Below, in pieces: positions 15,679-24,964 of a stretch of DNA of 64,000 nt. Made by a program: the position numbers and the translations under genes. The stretch's first letter is position 1; every line of letters starts with the position of its first letter. The DNA comes from Candidatus Omnitrophota bacterium (GTDB taxonomy: Bacteria > Omnitrophota > Gorgyraeia > Ghiorseimicrobiales > Ghiorseimicrobiaceae). The notes beneath the pieces are model-generated. The model saw nothing but the letters and a program-made list of their open reading frames with translations. It was not told where the DNA came from and did no database searches. The DNA is taken from positions 95,207-159,206 of the forward strand of contig JAUXSB010000003.1 in assembly GCA_030681595.1 (NCBI GenBank), read 5' to 3'.

Positions 15679-18544
15679 TTGTCATTAATACTTCTCTTAA
15701 AAACTGCCCTGTATATGAATTTTTATTCCTGGCTACTTCTTCGGGAGAGCCGCAGGCGACAACCTCGCCGCCTTTGTCTCCGCCTTGCGGCCCTAAATCA
15801 ATGATGTAATCAGCGCTTTTTAAAACATCCAAATTATGCTCCACTACGACTACGCTATTTTCACGTTCAACCAACCTACCTAGAACCTTGAGCAATTTAT
15901 CCACATCGGCAAAATGCAGCCCTGTTGTCGGCTCATCTAAAATATAAAAAGTATTTCCAGTAGAACGTTTGCTTAATTCAGAAGCAAGCTTCATCCTCTG
16001 GGCTTCACCTCCTGAAAGCGTAGTCGCGGACTGCCCTAATTGGATATAGCCTAAACCCACATCAATAAGCGTACCCAAAATATGCTTTATCGCAGGAATA
16101 TTTTCAAATAAGGCATAGGCCTCATCAACCGGCATCTCCAAAACATCAGAAATTGATTTGCCTTTATACATAACAGCCTGTGTTTGTTCGGTAAAACGTC
16201 TACCTTCACAAACTTCGCAAACTACATATACATCCGGTAAAAAATGCATCTCAATCTTCTTTATCCCATCGCCGGAACAAGCCTCGCAACGGCCGCCTTT
16301 CACATTAAAGCTGAAACGCCCCGGCTTATAGCCGCGTAATTTTGCCTCAGGCAATTGGCTGAAAAGCCCTCTGATAAAACTGAAAACCCCGGTATAGGTC
16401 GCCGGGTTTGAACGGGGCGTCCTGCCGATAGGAGACTGGTCTATTTCAATTACCTTATCAATATATTCTGCGCCTTTTATTTTTTCGAATTTTCCCGGTT
16501 TAACCTTAGACTTATAAATTTCACGCGCGAGCGCCTTAAACAGGATTTCGTCAATTAAAGTAGATTTACCCGAACCGGAGACTCCGCTGATACAGGTAAA
16601 AACCCCTAGAGGAATACGCACGTTAATATTTTTTAAATTATGCTGTTTACACCCGAATAACTCCAGGTATTTTTTATCTTTTATGCTCCTGCGCTCTTTA
16701 GGCAGGTAAACCGATAATTCTTTCCTTAGATATTTAGCGGTGAGGGAACGGCTATCTTTAAGCAGTCCGTTTACTTCTCCGGCAAACATTACTTCTCCTC
16801 CGAACCTTCCGGCGGCAGGCCCCAAATCCACCACATAATCACTTTCCCTGATGGTTGCCTCATCATGCTCAACGACAATAAGCGTATTACCTAAATCACG
16901 CAGAGATTTTAATGTAGCCAAGAGCCTCTGGTTATCTTTTTGATGCAAGCCTATACTGGGTTCGTCTAAAACATAAATCACTCCGGTCAGCCCTGAACCG
17001 ACCTGCGTTGCAAGCCTTATTCTTTGCGACTCCCCTCCGGAAAGTGTAGAGCTGCGGCGCTCTAAAGTTAAATAGTCCAACCCCACATTGATACAAAAAT
17101 TAAGCCTTGCGTTTATCTCTTTTAAAATATCTCCTGCCACAGCCTCTTCGCCGGATAAGAGGCGCAGCGTGCTAAAAAAATCCCTTGCCGCCTTAAGCGG
17201 CATTAAAGCAATATCGTAAATAGACTTCTCTCTAATTTTTACTGCTAAGCTTTCTTTTTTAAGGCGCGAACCGCCGCAGTCAGGACAAGGCAGGATAGAC
17301 ATAAATTTTGAAATCTGCTCTTTAAGATAGTCGCTATCCGTATGGTTAAACAGCCGTTCTAAATGCGGAAGGATTCCTTCAAAAGGTTTATTCCAGATCA
17401 GCTCGTCCGTACCATAAAGTATTGCCGTTTGTATTCTTTTGCCCAATTTATTAAACGGCGTATCCAGACTAAAATTTAATCTTCCGGCTAATTCACGTAA
17501 AAGCATACGGTAATAAATAAGATAGCCTCTTCCCCCCTTTCTCCATGGTTCAAGCGCTCCGGAAATTATAGATTTATTTTTATCCGGTATGATCAGGTCT
17601 ATATCAAATTCCATCTTTGTCCCCAAGCCGTTACAGGATGGGCATGCGCCGTAAGGCGAATTAAAAGAAAAAACTCTCGGCTCAATTTCGGATAAATTTA
17701 TGCCGCATTCGGCACAGGCGTATAGTTCACTGAAAACCAAATCGGTTTGCCTGTCCCCTTGTCCTCCCGTCTTCCCGTCTATTTTTTTTGACTGGTGACT
17801 GGTGACTGGCCTGTGCCCGTAAGGGTATGACTGGTGAACTATTATTGTTCCTTTGCCTGCCTTAAGCGCAGTCTCTACCGAATCCGTAATCCTTTTTTTA
17901 TTAACCTTATCCACCCTAACCCTATCTACCACAGCCTCAATATTGTGGACTTTATACTTATCGAGTTTTATGCGCTTATCCAACTCATAGACCTTGCCAT
18001 CAATGCGGGCGCGCACAAAACCTTCTTTTTGTATCAAATTTAAAATATCCCGGTATTCACCTTTTCTTCCTTTAATTAAAGGAGCTAATATTTCTATATT
18101 CGTACCTTGCGCAAGGCCGATAATCTGGCTGACTATCTCGCCAGAGGTCTGCCTTTGGATAACCTTACCGCACTTATAGCAATGAGGAATACCGATTCGT
18201 GCAAAAAGAAGCCTTAAATAATCGTTGATTTCGGTTTGAGTGCCTACGGTTGAACGCGGATTAGCACCGGCTGTCTTCTGCTCAATAGCGATGGCCGGAG
18301 ATAATCCTTCAATATATTCCACATCCGGCTTATCCAGCCTCTCTAAAAACTGACGGGCGTAACTGGAAAGGCTTTCTACATACCGGCGCTGCCCTTCTGC
18401 GTAAATTGTATCAAAGGCAAGGCTGGATTTACCTGAACCAGACAGTCCGGTAAATACCACAAGCTTATTACGCGGAAGCGCAAGAGAAATACCTTTTAAA
18501 TTATGTACCCTCGCTTTACGTATAACTATAAAATCATTCTGCAT
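15653..18544 (-). CDS. uvrA: Excinuclease ABC subunit A (UvrA) carrying an in-frame roughly 20-aa insertion
   Basis: Two ABC ATPase modules (GLSGSGKSSLAFDTIYAEGQRRYVESLS; GVSGSGKSTL) and zinc-finger cysteines. Insertion YPYGHRPVTSHQSKKIDGKTG sits before the conserved DLVFSELYACAECG block. Confidence 0.95.
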   Translation of the reverse strand: MQNDFIVIRKARVHNLKGISLALPRNKLVVFTGLSGSGKSSLAFDTIYAEGQRRYVESLSSYARQFLERLDKPDVEYIEGLSPAIAIEQKTAGANPRSTVGTQTEINDYLRLLFARIGIPHCYKCGKVIQRQTSGEIVSQIIGLAQGTNIEILAPLIKGRKGEYRDILNLIQKEGFVRARIDGKVYELDKRIKLDKYKVHNIEAVVDRVRVDKVNKKRITDSVETALKAGKGTIIVHQSYPYGHRPVTSHQSKKIDGKTGGQGDRQTDLVFSELYACAECGINLSEIEPRVFSFNSPYGACPSCNGLGTKMEFDIDLIIPDKNKSIISGALEPWRKGGRGYLIYYRMLLRELAGRLNFSLDTPFNKLGKRIQTAILYGTDELIWNKPFEGILPHLERLFNHTDSDYLKEQISKFMSILPCPDCGGSRLKKESLAVKIREKSIYDIALMPLKAARDFFSTLRLLSGEEAVAGDILKEINARLNFCINVGLDYLTLERRSSTLSGGESQRIRLATQVGSGLTGVIYVLDEPSIGLHQKDNQRLLATLKSLRDLGNTLIVVEHDEATIRESDYVVDLGPAAGRFGGEVMFAGEVNGLLKDSRSLTAKYLRKELSVYLPKERRSIKDKKYLELFGCKQHNLKNINVRIPLGVFTCISGVSGSGKSTLIDEILFKALAREIYKSKVKPGKFEKIKGAEYIDKVIEIDQSPIGRTPRSNPATYTGVFSFIRGLFSQLPEAKLRGYKPGRFSFNVKGGRCEACSGDGIKKIEMHFLPDVYVVCEVCEGRRFTEQTQAVMYKGKSISDVLEMPVDEAYALFENIPAIKHILGTLIDVGLGYIQLGQSATTLSGGEAQRMKLASELSKRSTGNTFYILDEPTTGLHFADVDKLLKVLGRLVERENSVVVVEHNLDVLKSADYIIDLGPQGGDKGGEVVACGSPEEVARNKNSYTGQFLREVLMTNAKIQNQK
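17778..17832. repeat. Intragenic repeat module, copy A (in-frame within uvrA)
   Basis: Plus-strand ttttttTGACTGGTGACTGGTGACTGGCCTGTGCCCGTAAGGGTATgactgg, homologous to 43734-43790 in dapF. Confidence 0.75.
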
Positions 18545-20102
18545 TTTTTATCTTCTCTTTTATTGACAGGTCCCCCGGATCAATCTCTAATGCCAAGTAG
18601 TAATATTTATCGGCTTTGAGAAAATCTTTCTTTACGGAGTATAAATCTCCCGCCAAGACCAAACTTGAGACGCAATATGGCTCGGTTTTTATACTTTCTA
18701 AAATAAACTCCAAAGCCTTCTCCGGCTCCCCTAATTCTTTATAGCACAAAGCAAGCCTTTGTGAAGCGTAAAAAATCTTCCTGTCTTTATTCAAAGCCAT
18801 CTTGTAATTTTCAATAGCTTTATCCAATTTTCCCAGGGCCAAATAATACTCGCCCCACACCAAATAAAGATGGCCTGTATCGGGATAATAGGCAGAAAAT
18901 TTTTTGGTTTCGGCAAGGGCGTCTTCATATAGCCCCAGGTTAAGATAATTTTGGATTAAATTTATACGCAGGTAATTTGATTCCGGGCTCTGCTCTAATA
19001 TATTTTCATGGAGTATAAGATCATTTTTCCAATAGCCGTTATTTACTATAGTCAAAAAACTCCAAAAAATAATAATACTGCCATAGGCCGCTCTCTTTAT
19101 AACTTTTTCTTTTAGATTAAGGCAAAAGGCAAAAATAATAAAGAAACCGCAAGATGAGACGTAAAGCCAGCTTTCTGCCATCATTAATTCACGAAAAAAT
19201 GCGTAGGCATCCATGTATGCAAAAACCGGCGTAAGCCCGATTATAAACCATAACGCGCTAAAAACTACCAATTTATTCTTACGTAGTTTTATAAGTATAA
19301 ATATAGAGAAAAAAACAAAAACGATGACTAATAGTGTCCTTATATCTAATAAATAATTTATAACGGGAATTGTCCTGCAGAGGTGCAGGTCCAAGGGAAA
19401 AATTAAAAGCCAGAGGTATCTTAAAATTATGCCAAAAAAATTAATTACCCTAAAAAATAATGGCACTAAACTGGCATGCACAACCAACCCCTCCCTGCCA
19501 AAAACAGAAATCCTTAAGCCCAGATACAAAAGGCCTAATAATATGAAGGGTAACAGGTACAAATATCTTTTTGGTTTTTCATTGTTCAGAAATAATAATA
19601 AGGCGATAAACAAGAATAAAATCAAGGCACTCTCGCGAGAAAGAAGCGCAAGCGCTGCAAAGAAAAGGCTAAAAGCATAACAGATTATCGATTCCAGCTT
19701 AATAAATTTCAAGAACATAATCATGCTTAAAAGCATAAAGAAACATGCCAACAGATCCGCCCTGCCGGATATGTATGATACGACCGAAGTATGGATAGGA
19801 TGGATTAAAAACATAATACTGGCAACTCGACAAGCCGGTAAGGCAATGGTTTGGCTTTCCATATAGCCAAAGCCATAAACCGGGTTATTCCCGAAAAGCA
19901 AACATAGCAAATAATAAATCAATAAGGCATTAAAAAGATGAAACAGGATATTTGTTAAATGAAATCCAAACGGGTTTAACTTCCATATCCGATAGTCAAA
20001 CCCGTATGTTAAAAGCTGTAACGGCCGGTATGTCCTATTGTACGATTTGGTAATCACTGAAGAATGCTGTGTTATGCTATTCTTAAAAACAAGGGGGAGC
20101 AA
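18534..20102 (-). CDS. TMTC/PMT-like polytopic membrane protein with C-terminal TPR repeats (putative protein O-glycosyltransferase); N-terminus probably extends to about 20231
   Basis: At least 10 TM helices, then TPR units (NYLNLGLYEDALAETKKF..YYLALGKLDKAIENYKMAL). The in-frame upstream sequence encodes the TMTC-like N-terminus (FFILGLILLSFLVYSNGLNNDFVLDDTTLIVNHPLIKS) with no canonical start codon. The ORF-track start is a TTG at 20102. Confidence 0.6.
   Translation of the reverse strand: MLPLVFKNSITQHSSVITKSYNRTYRPLQLLTYGFDYRIWKLNPFGFHLTNILFHLFNALLIYYLLCLLFGNNPVYGFGYMESQTIALPACRVASIMFLIHPIHTSVVSYISGRADLLACFFMLLSMIMFLKFIKLESIICYAFSLFFAALALLSRESALILFLFIALLLFLNNEKPKRYLYLLPFILLGLLYLGLRISVFGREGLVVHASLVPLFFRVINFFGIILRYLWLLIFPLDLHLCRTIPVINYLLDIRTLLVIVFVFFSIFILIKLRKNKLVVFSALWFIIGLTPVFAYMDAYAFFRELMMAESWLYVSSCGFFIIFAFCLNLKEKVIKRAAYGSIIIFWSFLTIVNNGYWKNDLILHENILEQSPESNYLRINLIQNYLNLGLYEDALAETKKFSAYYPDTGHLYLVWGEYYLALGKLDKAIENYKMALNKDRKIFYASQRLALCYKELGEPEKALEFILESIKTEPYCVSSLVLAGDLYSVKKDFLKADKYYYLALEIDPGDLSIKEKIKNAE
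19843..19873. repeat. Intragenic copy of the core of the 44-bp tandem repeat
   Basis: CAATGGTTTGGCTTTCCATATAGCCAAAGCCAT matches CAGTGGTTTGGCTTTCAATATAGCCAAAGCCGC from 1905-1938 at about 30/33 positions. It encodes GFGYMESQT inside the membrane protein. Confidence 0.6.
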
Positions 20103-20254
20103 TTTTGCAGATTTAATAAGAGGATGATTAACAATTAAAGTTGTATCGTCAAGGACAAAATCATTATTCAGGCCGTTAGAATAGACTAAAAAAGAAAGTA
20201 GTATTAATCCTAATATAAAAAAAATATTCTTCGTAATATTATTTTTACCAATAG

Positions 20255-21220
20255 CTATAATTTACTCCTCCAATAATTCAACAAATCTTTTAATGTTTTT
20301 TCAAGAGGAATCTTGGGTTTCCAGCCGGTTTCCTTTTTAAACTTTGAACTATCCGGTACCTGCAAGGTTACATCAGAAGGCCTGAGAAGATACGGCTCTA
20401 CTTTAATTTTTGGTTTTTTATTGGTCATGGTTAATAAAATATCCAGCATCTCGCCTACCGTCAGGCTTCTTTCACCGCCGATATTATAAACCTCTCCGGC
20501 TGGGCACTTATTAACTAACAACCAATAGGCGCGCACAGTATCCCTGACATCAGCGAAGGTCCTGACGCTTTTAAGATTGCCGACATGGATAACCGGCTCC
20601 TGCAATCCTTTTTCTATCCGCGCGATTTGTTTGGCAAAAGAAGAAGAGGCAAAAACCTCTCCCCGGCGCGGCCCGGTATGGGTAAACATGCGCGTCCTGA
20701 TCGTCTTTATGCCATATGACAAAAAGTATTGAAAGGCGATCATATCTTCGGCAACCTTGCTGACCGCATAGGGGCTGGCGGGACGAAAAGGCTGATTTTC
20801 ATTAATAGGCACTTCATCCGCGTTTACCTGCCCATAGACCTCCGAAGAGCTGCAGATATGGACAACCGGGTCGATCCCTGCATAGCGGATAGCCTCCAGT
20901 AAATTTATTGTCCCGCAGGCGTTTGTTTCCACTGTGTTAACGGGCGCGTTAAAACTGGTTGGGACAAAAGACTGCGCCGCCAGATGAAAAATAATATCCG
21001 GCTTTATTTTAGTTATCGTATCTAATACGGATTTAGAATCCAACAGTTCACAATAAGAAAAATTAATCCTATCTATAACAGATGCGACATTATCCATCGG
21101 GCTTCTCCAGCGGCGAATGCCGTAAATTTCTATATCCTTGTCTTTTAGCGACAAGATATATTCCGCAAGGTGGCTTCCGACAAAACCCGTAATCCCCGTA
21201 ATCAAGACTTTCTTTTTCAT
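20255..21220 (-). CDS. GDP-sugar 4,6-dehydratase (Gmd/DmhA-like extended SDR)
   Basis: N-terminus MKKKVLITGITGFVGSHLAEY..IYGIRRWRSPM parallels the Gmd pattern ITGITGQDGSYL..HGIKRRSS. YxxxK catalytic pattern present. Confidence 0.6.
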   Translation of the reverse strand: MKKKVLITGITGFVGSHLAEYILSLKDKDIEIYGIRRWRSPMDNVASVIDRINFSYCELLDSKSVLDTITKIKPDIIFHLAAQSFVPTSFNAPVNTVETNACGTINLLEAIRYAGIDPVVHICSSSEVYGQVNADEVPINENQPFRPASPYAVSKVAEDMIAFQYFLSYGIKTIRTRMFTHTGPRRGEVFASSSFAKQIARIEKGLQEPVIHVGNLKSVRTFADVRDTVRAYWLLVNKCPAGEVYNIGGERSLTVGEMLDILLTMTNKKPKIKVEPYLLRPSDVTLQVPDSSKFKKETGWKPKIPLEKTLKDLLNYWRSKL

Positions 21221-21437
21221 GACCGCGCCCCCTCTTATTTAAATTTTTTAATCGTGACGGGCATCGCATGCCCTATCAGGGACATAAAAGGCCTCATCAC
21301 CCATTCCATTAAATTAACAAAACCATACAACCATTTTGGCACAAAAGGCCTGTAACTTATTTTTTCGTTATCTACTGTACTCATACAGCAATTGGCTATT
21401 GAGTTCTGACATATTTCATTATGGAAGAGATTCGAGT

Positions 21438-22895
21438 TTAACTATCTTTAATTTTCTTATACACATCCGGCTGCTCATCGCCAATACCCTTAATAAACAT
21501 TTTGGGCGCATGCCAGAAATACATCAACGCTTGGAAGAAAGGTATACTAAAAAAGGAGGCATCCCGCCAGTAACTTAATAACATGACTGGCTTAAAGAGA
21601 TACGAAAACGATGAAGATAAAATTCGCTTAGAAAAACGCAGAAACAAGGGGTAGTGAATGAATAATTGTGCTGTCCAAATCAATTTTTTTATATTCTTAT
21701 ATTCATTATAGACATCTTTGGACTTATAGGTAAATTTCCCTGCAGCTTCAAGCAGATTTCTTTCGCGCAAAAATTCTGCCAGCTTTGTGCCTTTGTAAAT
21801 CTTAAGAATCCCTACCCTAATGCCATAAGGCTTAAGCACCCGGGCGAATCGAATACTTTCAATGGCATCTTCCATTCTCTCGCAAGGCAAACAAAGCATA
21901 ACGTTAGTCAAAAATTTTAAATTATACTTATTGAGCAACTTTGTGATTTCTATGTAATTTTTATTTGGCACTCTTTTATTCAAAATATTCATACGGATAT
22001 TTTCTACCCCATGTTCTAAACCAAAGGTTACCCCTTTACAGCCTGAATCCTTCAGACCTCGTATCATTTCTTCATTAATACCTAAAACAGAAATATTGCA
22101 AGTAAAAGACAAATCAATATGTTGCTTGTACTGCCTTAGAAATTCCATAACCCAATTTTCATTCAAATTAAATGTATCGTCGGAGAAATGAATCGCCCTA
22201 GTCGGATATTTAGAGATTACTGACTTCACTTCATTGATCACATATTCAACACTATGACGACGAACTAATTTTCCCTTGCCTTCATACATTTTCTTGAATG
22301 TAGGCTCAAAACAATAAGAGCAATCATGAGGACAGCCCCGCTGGGTCATAAATCTTTTTAAAGCAAAGTTTCGCAACAAAGGATATTTGTCATAATATAA
22401 CCCTCTATCCGGGAAGGGGTATTTATCCAAATCGGATTCCAACTTGCCAAGATCATTTTTTATCCATCTGTCTTTCTTCTTTATCCAGAGATTCGGGATA
22501 TCATCGGTTTCTTGACGTGCATCAATGCGATTCATAAGCGTCAACAAAGATTCCTCACCCTCTCCCCTACAAATAATATCAACGTATCCACTGTCTACGA
22601 CTTCTTCAGGCATAAACATACAATGAGCCCCTCCCCAGACAACTAAATGTCCGGTTGCTTCTTTAATAATTTTCGCTATGGGCCTGAATATATTTACTTG
22701 TGGTGTCATTACAGAAAACCCGACAAGATCAGGCGAGGTTTTTTTAATAAACTTCAAAAGGTCATCTATTTTTTTATATTCCCATAACAAAGTAAGCCTT
22801 ACATCGTGACTGTGTTTTTTTAAATACGAACTTAGGTACATAATCCCTAAGCTTTCGTTAATAAAAGTATCGCTGATAAATAATATTCTGGCCAT
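21438..22895 (-). CDS. B12-binding-domain radical SAM enzyme (class B, methyltransferase-like) 1
   Basis: N-terminal cobalamin-binding Rossmann-like region, then CPHDCSYC (CxxxCxxC). Confidence 0.8.
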   Translation of the reverse strand: MARILFISDTFINESLGIMYLSSYLKKHSHDVRLTLLWEYKKIDDLLKFIKKTSPDLVGFSVMTPQVNIFRPIAKIIKEATGHLVVWGGAHCMFMPEEVVDSGYVDIICRGEGEESLLTLMNRIDARQETDDIPNLWIKKKDRWIKNDLGKLESDLDKYPFPDRGLYYDKYPLLRNFALKRFMTQRGCPHDCSYCFEPTFKKMYEGKGKLVRRHSVEYVINEVKSVISKYPTRAIHFSDDTFNLNENWVMEFLRQYKQHIDLSFTCNISVLGINEEMIRGLKDSGCKGVTFGLEHGVENIRMNILNKRVPNKNYIEITKLLNKYNLKFLTNVMLCLPCERMEDAIESIRFARVLKPYGIRVGILKIYKGTKLAEFLRERNLLEAAGKFTYKSKDVYNEYKNIKKLIWTAQLFIHYPLFLRFSKRILSSSFSYLFKPVMLLSYWRDASFFSIPFFQALMYFWHAPKMFIKGIGDEQPDVYKKIKDS

Positions 22896-23012
22896 TATAA
22901 TTGGTTAATGAATTTTAACAATATTTCAATCGGGCTGAATAGCTGCCAACAAAACCTGTTATCCCCATAATAAGAATTTCTTCTTTATTACATGGAACTC
23001 TTTCAATAAAGT

Positions 23013-24230
23013 TTACTTAGTGAATTTTTTGATAAACTTTGTGAATGTTGCCAAGATATAGTCCAGATGTTTTACGCCTAAATCCTGATGTACGCCGATA
23101 TGCAGGCCGTTTTCACCGATATATTCAGCAGCAGGAAAATCGCCATAGCGGTGCCCCAAAAAGGAAAAACCGGAGCACTGGGTCGGCATCGACGAAAATA
23201 AGCTACGCGAGTCAATGTTATTTTGCGTCAAAAAACACACTAGGTCCTGACGCCTGAAAGGCGCTCCCCGACGAACCACAACGGGGAACGCATGGGGCCC
23301 GATTTTTTCATAAGACTCCTCTTCGATACTATAGAAAAATTCCTCGTTTTTTTTAAAACGTTTCATAAGATACAAAAGATTCCTACGCCGGCGCTCCAGG
23401 ATTTTTTTATAAATCCCTAAGTTCCCCAGGCCGACCGCCGCTTCGATTTCGTTCATCTTTGCCGAAAAACCTATGCGCTCAAAAAGAAACCGCATATCCT
23501 CGCCAGCACCATACTGGAACCTCTTCGGGCAAGACGCAGAAGCGATGTTGACTACGCACTGTTCACATTTACAGGCCCGACCGTGCGAACGCAAAGACCT
23601 CAAAATCTCGGCAAAATCTTTACGCTCCGTCACGACCATTCCGCCCTCTATCGAAGTAATGATATGCGCCACATAAAGACTAAACGCACCCAGATCCCCT
23701 AACGTCCCCACATGCCTGCCTTTGTACATCGCACCGTGCGCTTCCGCTGCATCCTCCACCACAAAAAGTTGGTGTTTTCGGGCTATGTGGTTAATTTCAT
23801 CCATAGCCGCTGGTTTTCCCATCAGATGAACCGGCATAATGGCCCTGGTCTTTTTTGTAACAGCCCGCTCAATAAGATCGGTGTCGATATTTAAGGTCTT
23901 TGGATCAATATCCACGAAGACCGGTTTAAATCCTGCCTGCAGAACCGCATTGCCCGTTGCCACAAAAGACAACGCTGGAACAATAACCTCATCGTTACGC
24001 TTGGCTCCGAAATCATAAAAAATGGCCAAAGCCAGGGCGTCTGCATCTGTTCCGGAACTCACGGCTACAGCCTGACGCGTAGCTATAAGCCGGGCGAAAC
24101 GTTTTTCAAACTCCCTAACATAGTAACCGCAAGAGACACGACCAGAATCCAAAATACGCCTCACCATATCTTTCGATTTTTTTGTGACCGTCATCGTTCC
24201 AAACGCAACTTTCATCGGATTTCTTATCAT
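23013..24230 (-). CDS. DegT-fold PLP/PMP sugar 3-dehydrase (E1/ColD-like), with His replacing the Schiff-base Lys
   Basis: DegT/DnrJ/EryC1 fold. In the PLP-lysine motif (ArnB SFHAIKNITCAEGG) this protein reads SLYVAHIITSIEGG, i.e. His at the Lys position. This is the hallmark of CDP-/GDP-4-keto-6-deoxy-sugar 3-dehydrases. C-terminal Cys cluster CKCEQC..x8..C. The true start is probably internal (MKVAFG..). Confidence 0.6.
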   Translation of the reverse strand: MIRNPMKVAFGTMTVTKKSKDMVRRILDSGRVSCGYYVREFEKRFARLIATRQAVAVSSGTDADALALAIFYDFGAKRNDEVIVPALSFVATGNAVLQAGFKPVFVDIDPKTLNIDTDLIERAVTKKTRAIMPVHLMGKPAAMDEINHIARKHQLFVVEDAAEAHGAMYKGRHVGTLGDLGAFSLYVAHIITSIEGGMVVTERKDFAEILRSLRSHGRACKCEQCVVNIASASCPKRFQYGAGEDMRFLFERIGFSAKMNEIEAAVGLGNLGIYKKILERRRRNLLYLMKRFKKNEEFFYSIEEESYEKIGPHAFPVVVRRGAPFRRQDLVCFLTQNNIDSRSLFSSMPTQCSGFSFLGHRYGDFPAAEYIGENGLHIGVHQDLGVKHLDYILATFTKFIKKFTK

Positions 24231-24964
24231 ACCAACCCCTTAGCCCAATGCCGTTTTGCATACGCGTACCTATCTGGGGTTCCAAAATCCAGAAGCCTCC
24301 CCTTCTGCACGAATCCAAAACATCTCTCTTTAAGAAAGAAAGGGAAAAAATCATACTCCAACGAAAAGGATTCTTTCCTGCGCATATGGTTAAAGACAGA
24401 GCGATCCATCAGATAAATACCTGCATTGTCAAAATGGTTTGGCTTGTAACTTGCCTTCTCTTCAAAACCGATGATGCGCTGACGGCTACCCAGAAGAACC
24501 TTACCGGAATCCACCTTACCGCAGCATCTGACTAAAACCAGAGAAAGCAACGCTTTTTTAACCAGATGGAATTTAAGAAATTTATCCAAACCGACGCGCA
24601 GAAAAGAATCGCCGTTTAAAACCAGAAAAACCCGGCTGCTGATCCACGGCTTGGCATGCCAAACAGCGCCACCCGTTCCCAGCGCTTTTGTTTCCCGACA
24701 AAACTCAATCTGCCAAGACGCAGGATGCTGCTGATAATATTTTTCAATCGTATGGCCCCGATAACCCGTACTCAAGATAAACCTTCTGAACCCAAACCCC
24801 GCCACATAAACCATCAGATGTGTCAGGAAAGGCTTACCTGAGAATACGCTCATGGGTTTCGGCCAGTCTTTGACAATTTTCTTGAGGCGCTTGCCTTTGC
24901 CGCCACAGAGAATAATCACGTCGATTTTTGCCGGATCCAGCATCTTTTTGGACTTTTGACCCAA
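24227..24964 (-). CDS. hddC: D-glycero-alpha-D-manno-heptose 1-phosphate guanylyltransferase (HddC-like)
   Basis: VIILCGGKGKRLKKIVKDWPKPMSVFSGKPFLTHL..ILSTGYRGHTIEKYY closely parallels HddC (ILAGGLGTRL..VKDLPKPM..GKPFLEYL..ILSVGYLGEQIKEYF). Confidence 0.65.
   Translation of the reverse strand: MGQKSKKMLDPAKIDVIILCGGKGKRLKKIVKDWPKPMSVFSGKPFLTHLMVYVAGFGFRRFILSTGYRGHTIEKYYQQHPASWQIEFCRETKALGTGGAVWHAKPWISSRVFLVLNGDSFLRVGLDKFLKFHLVKKALLSLVLVRCCGKVDSGKVLLGSRQRIIGFEEKASYKPNHFDNAGIYLMDRSVFNHMRRKESFSLEYDFFPFFLKERCFGFVQKGRLLDFGTPDRYAYAKRHWAKGLV

Noticed and set aside
15540-15680. TTTTGGATTT tandem repeats as a mobile-element or CRISPR-like feature
   Set aside because: They encode the low-complexity KSKIKN N-terminus of the TPR protein and the uvrA C-terminal overlap; they are coding microsatellite-like repeats only.
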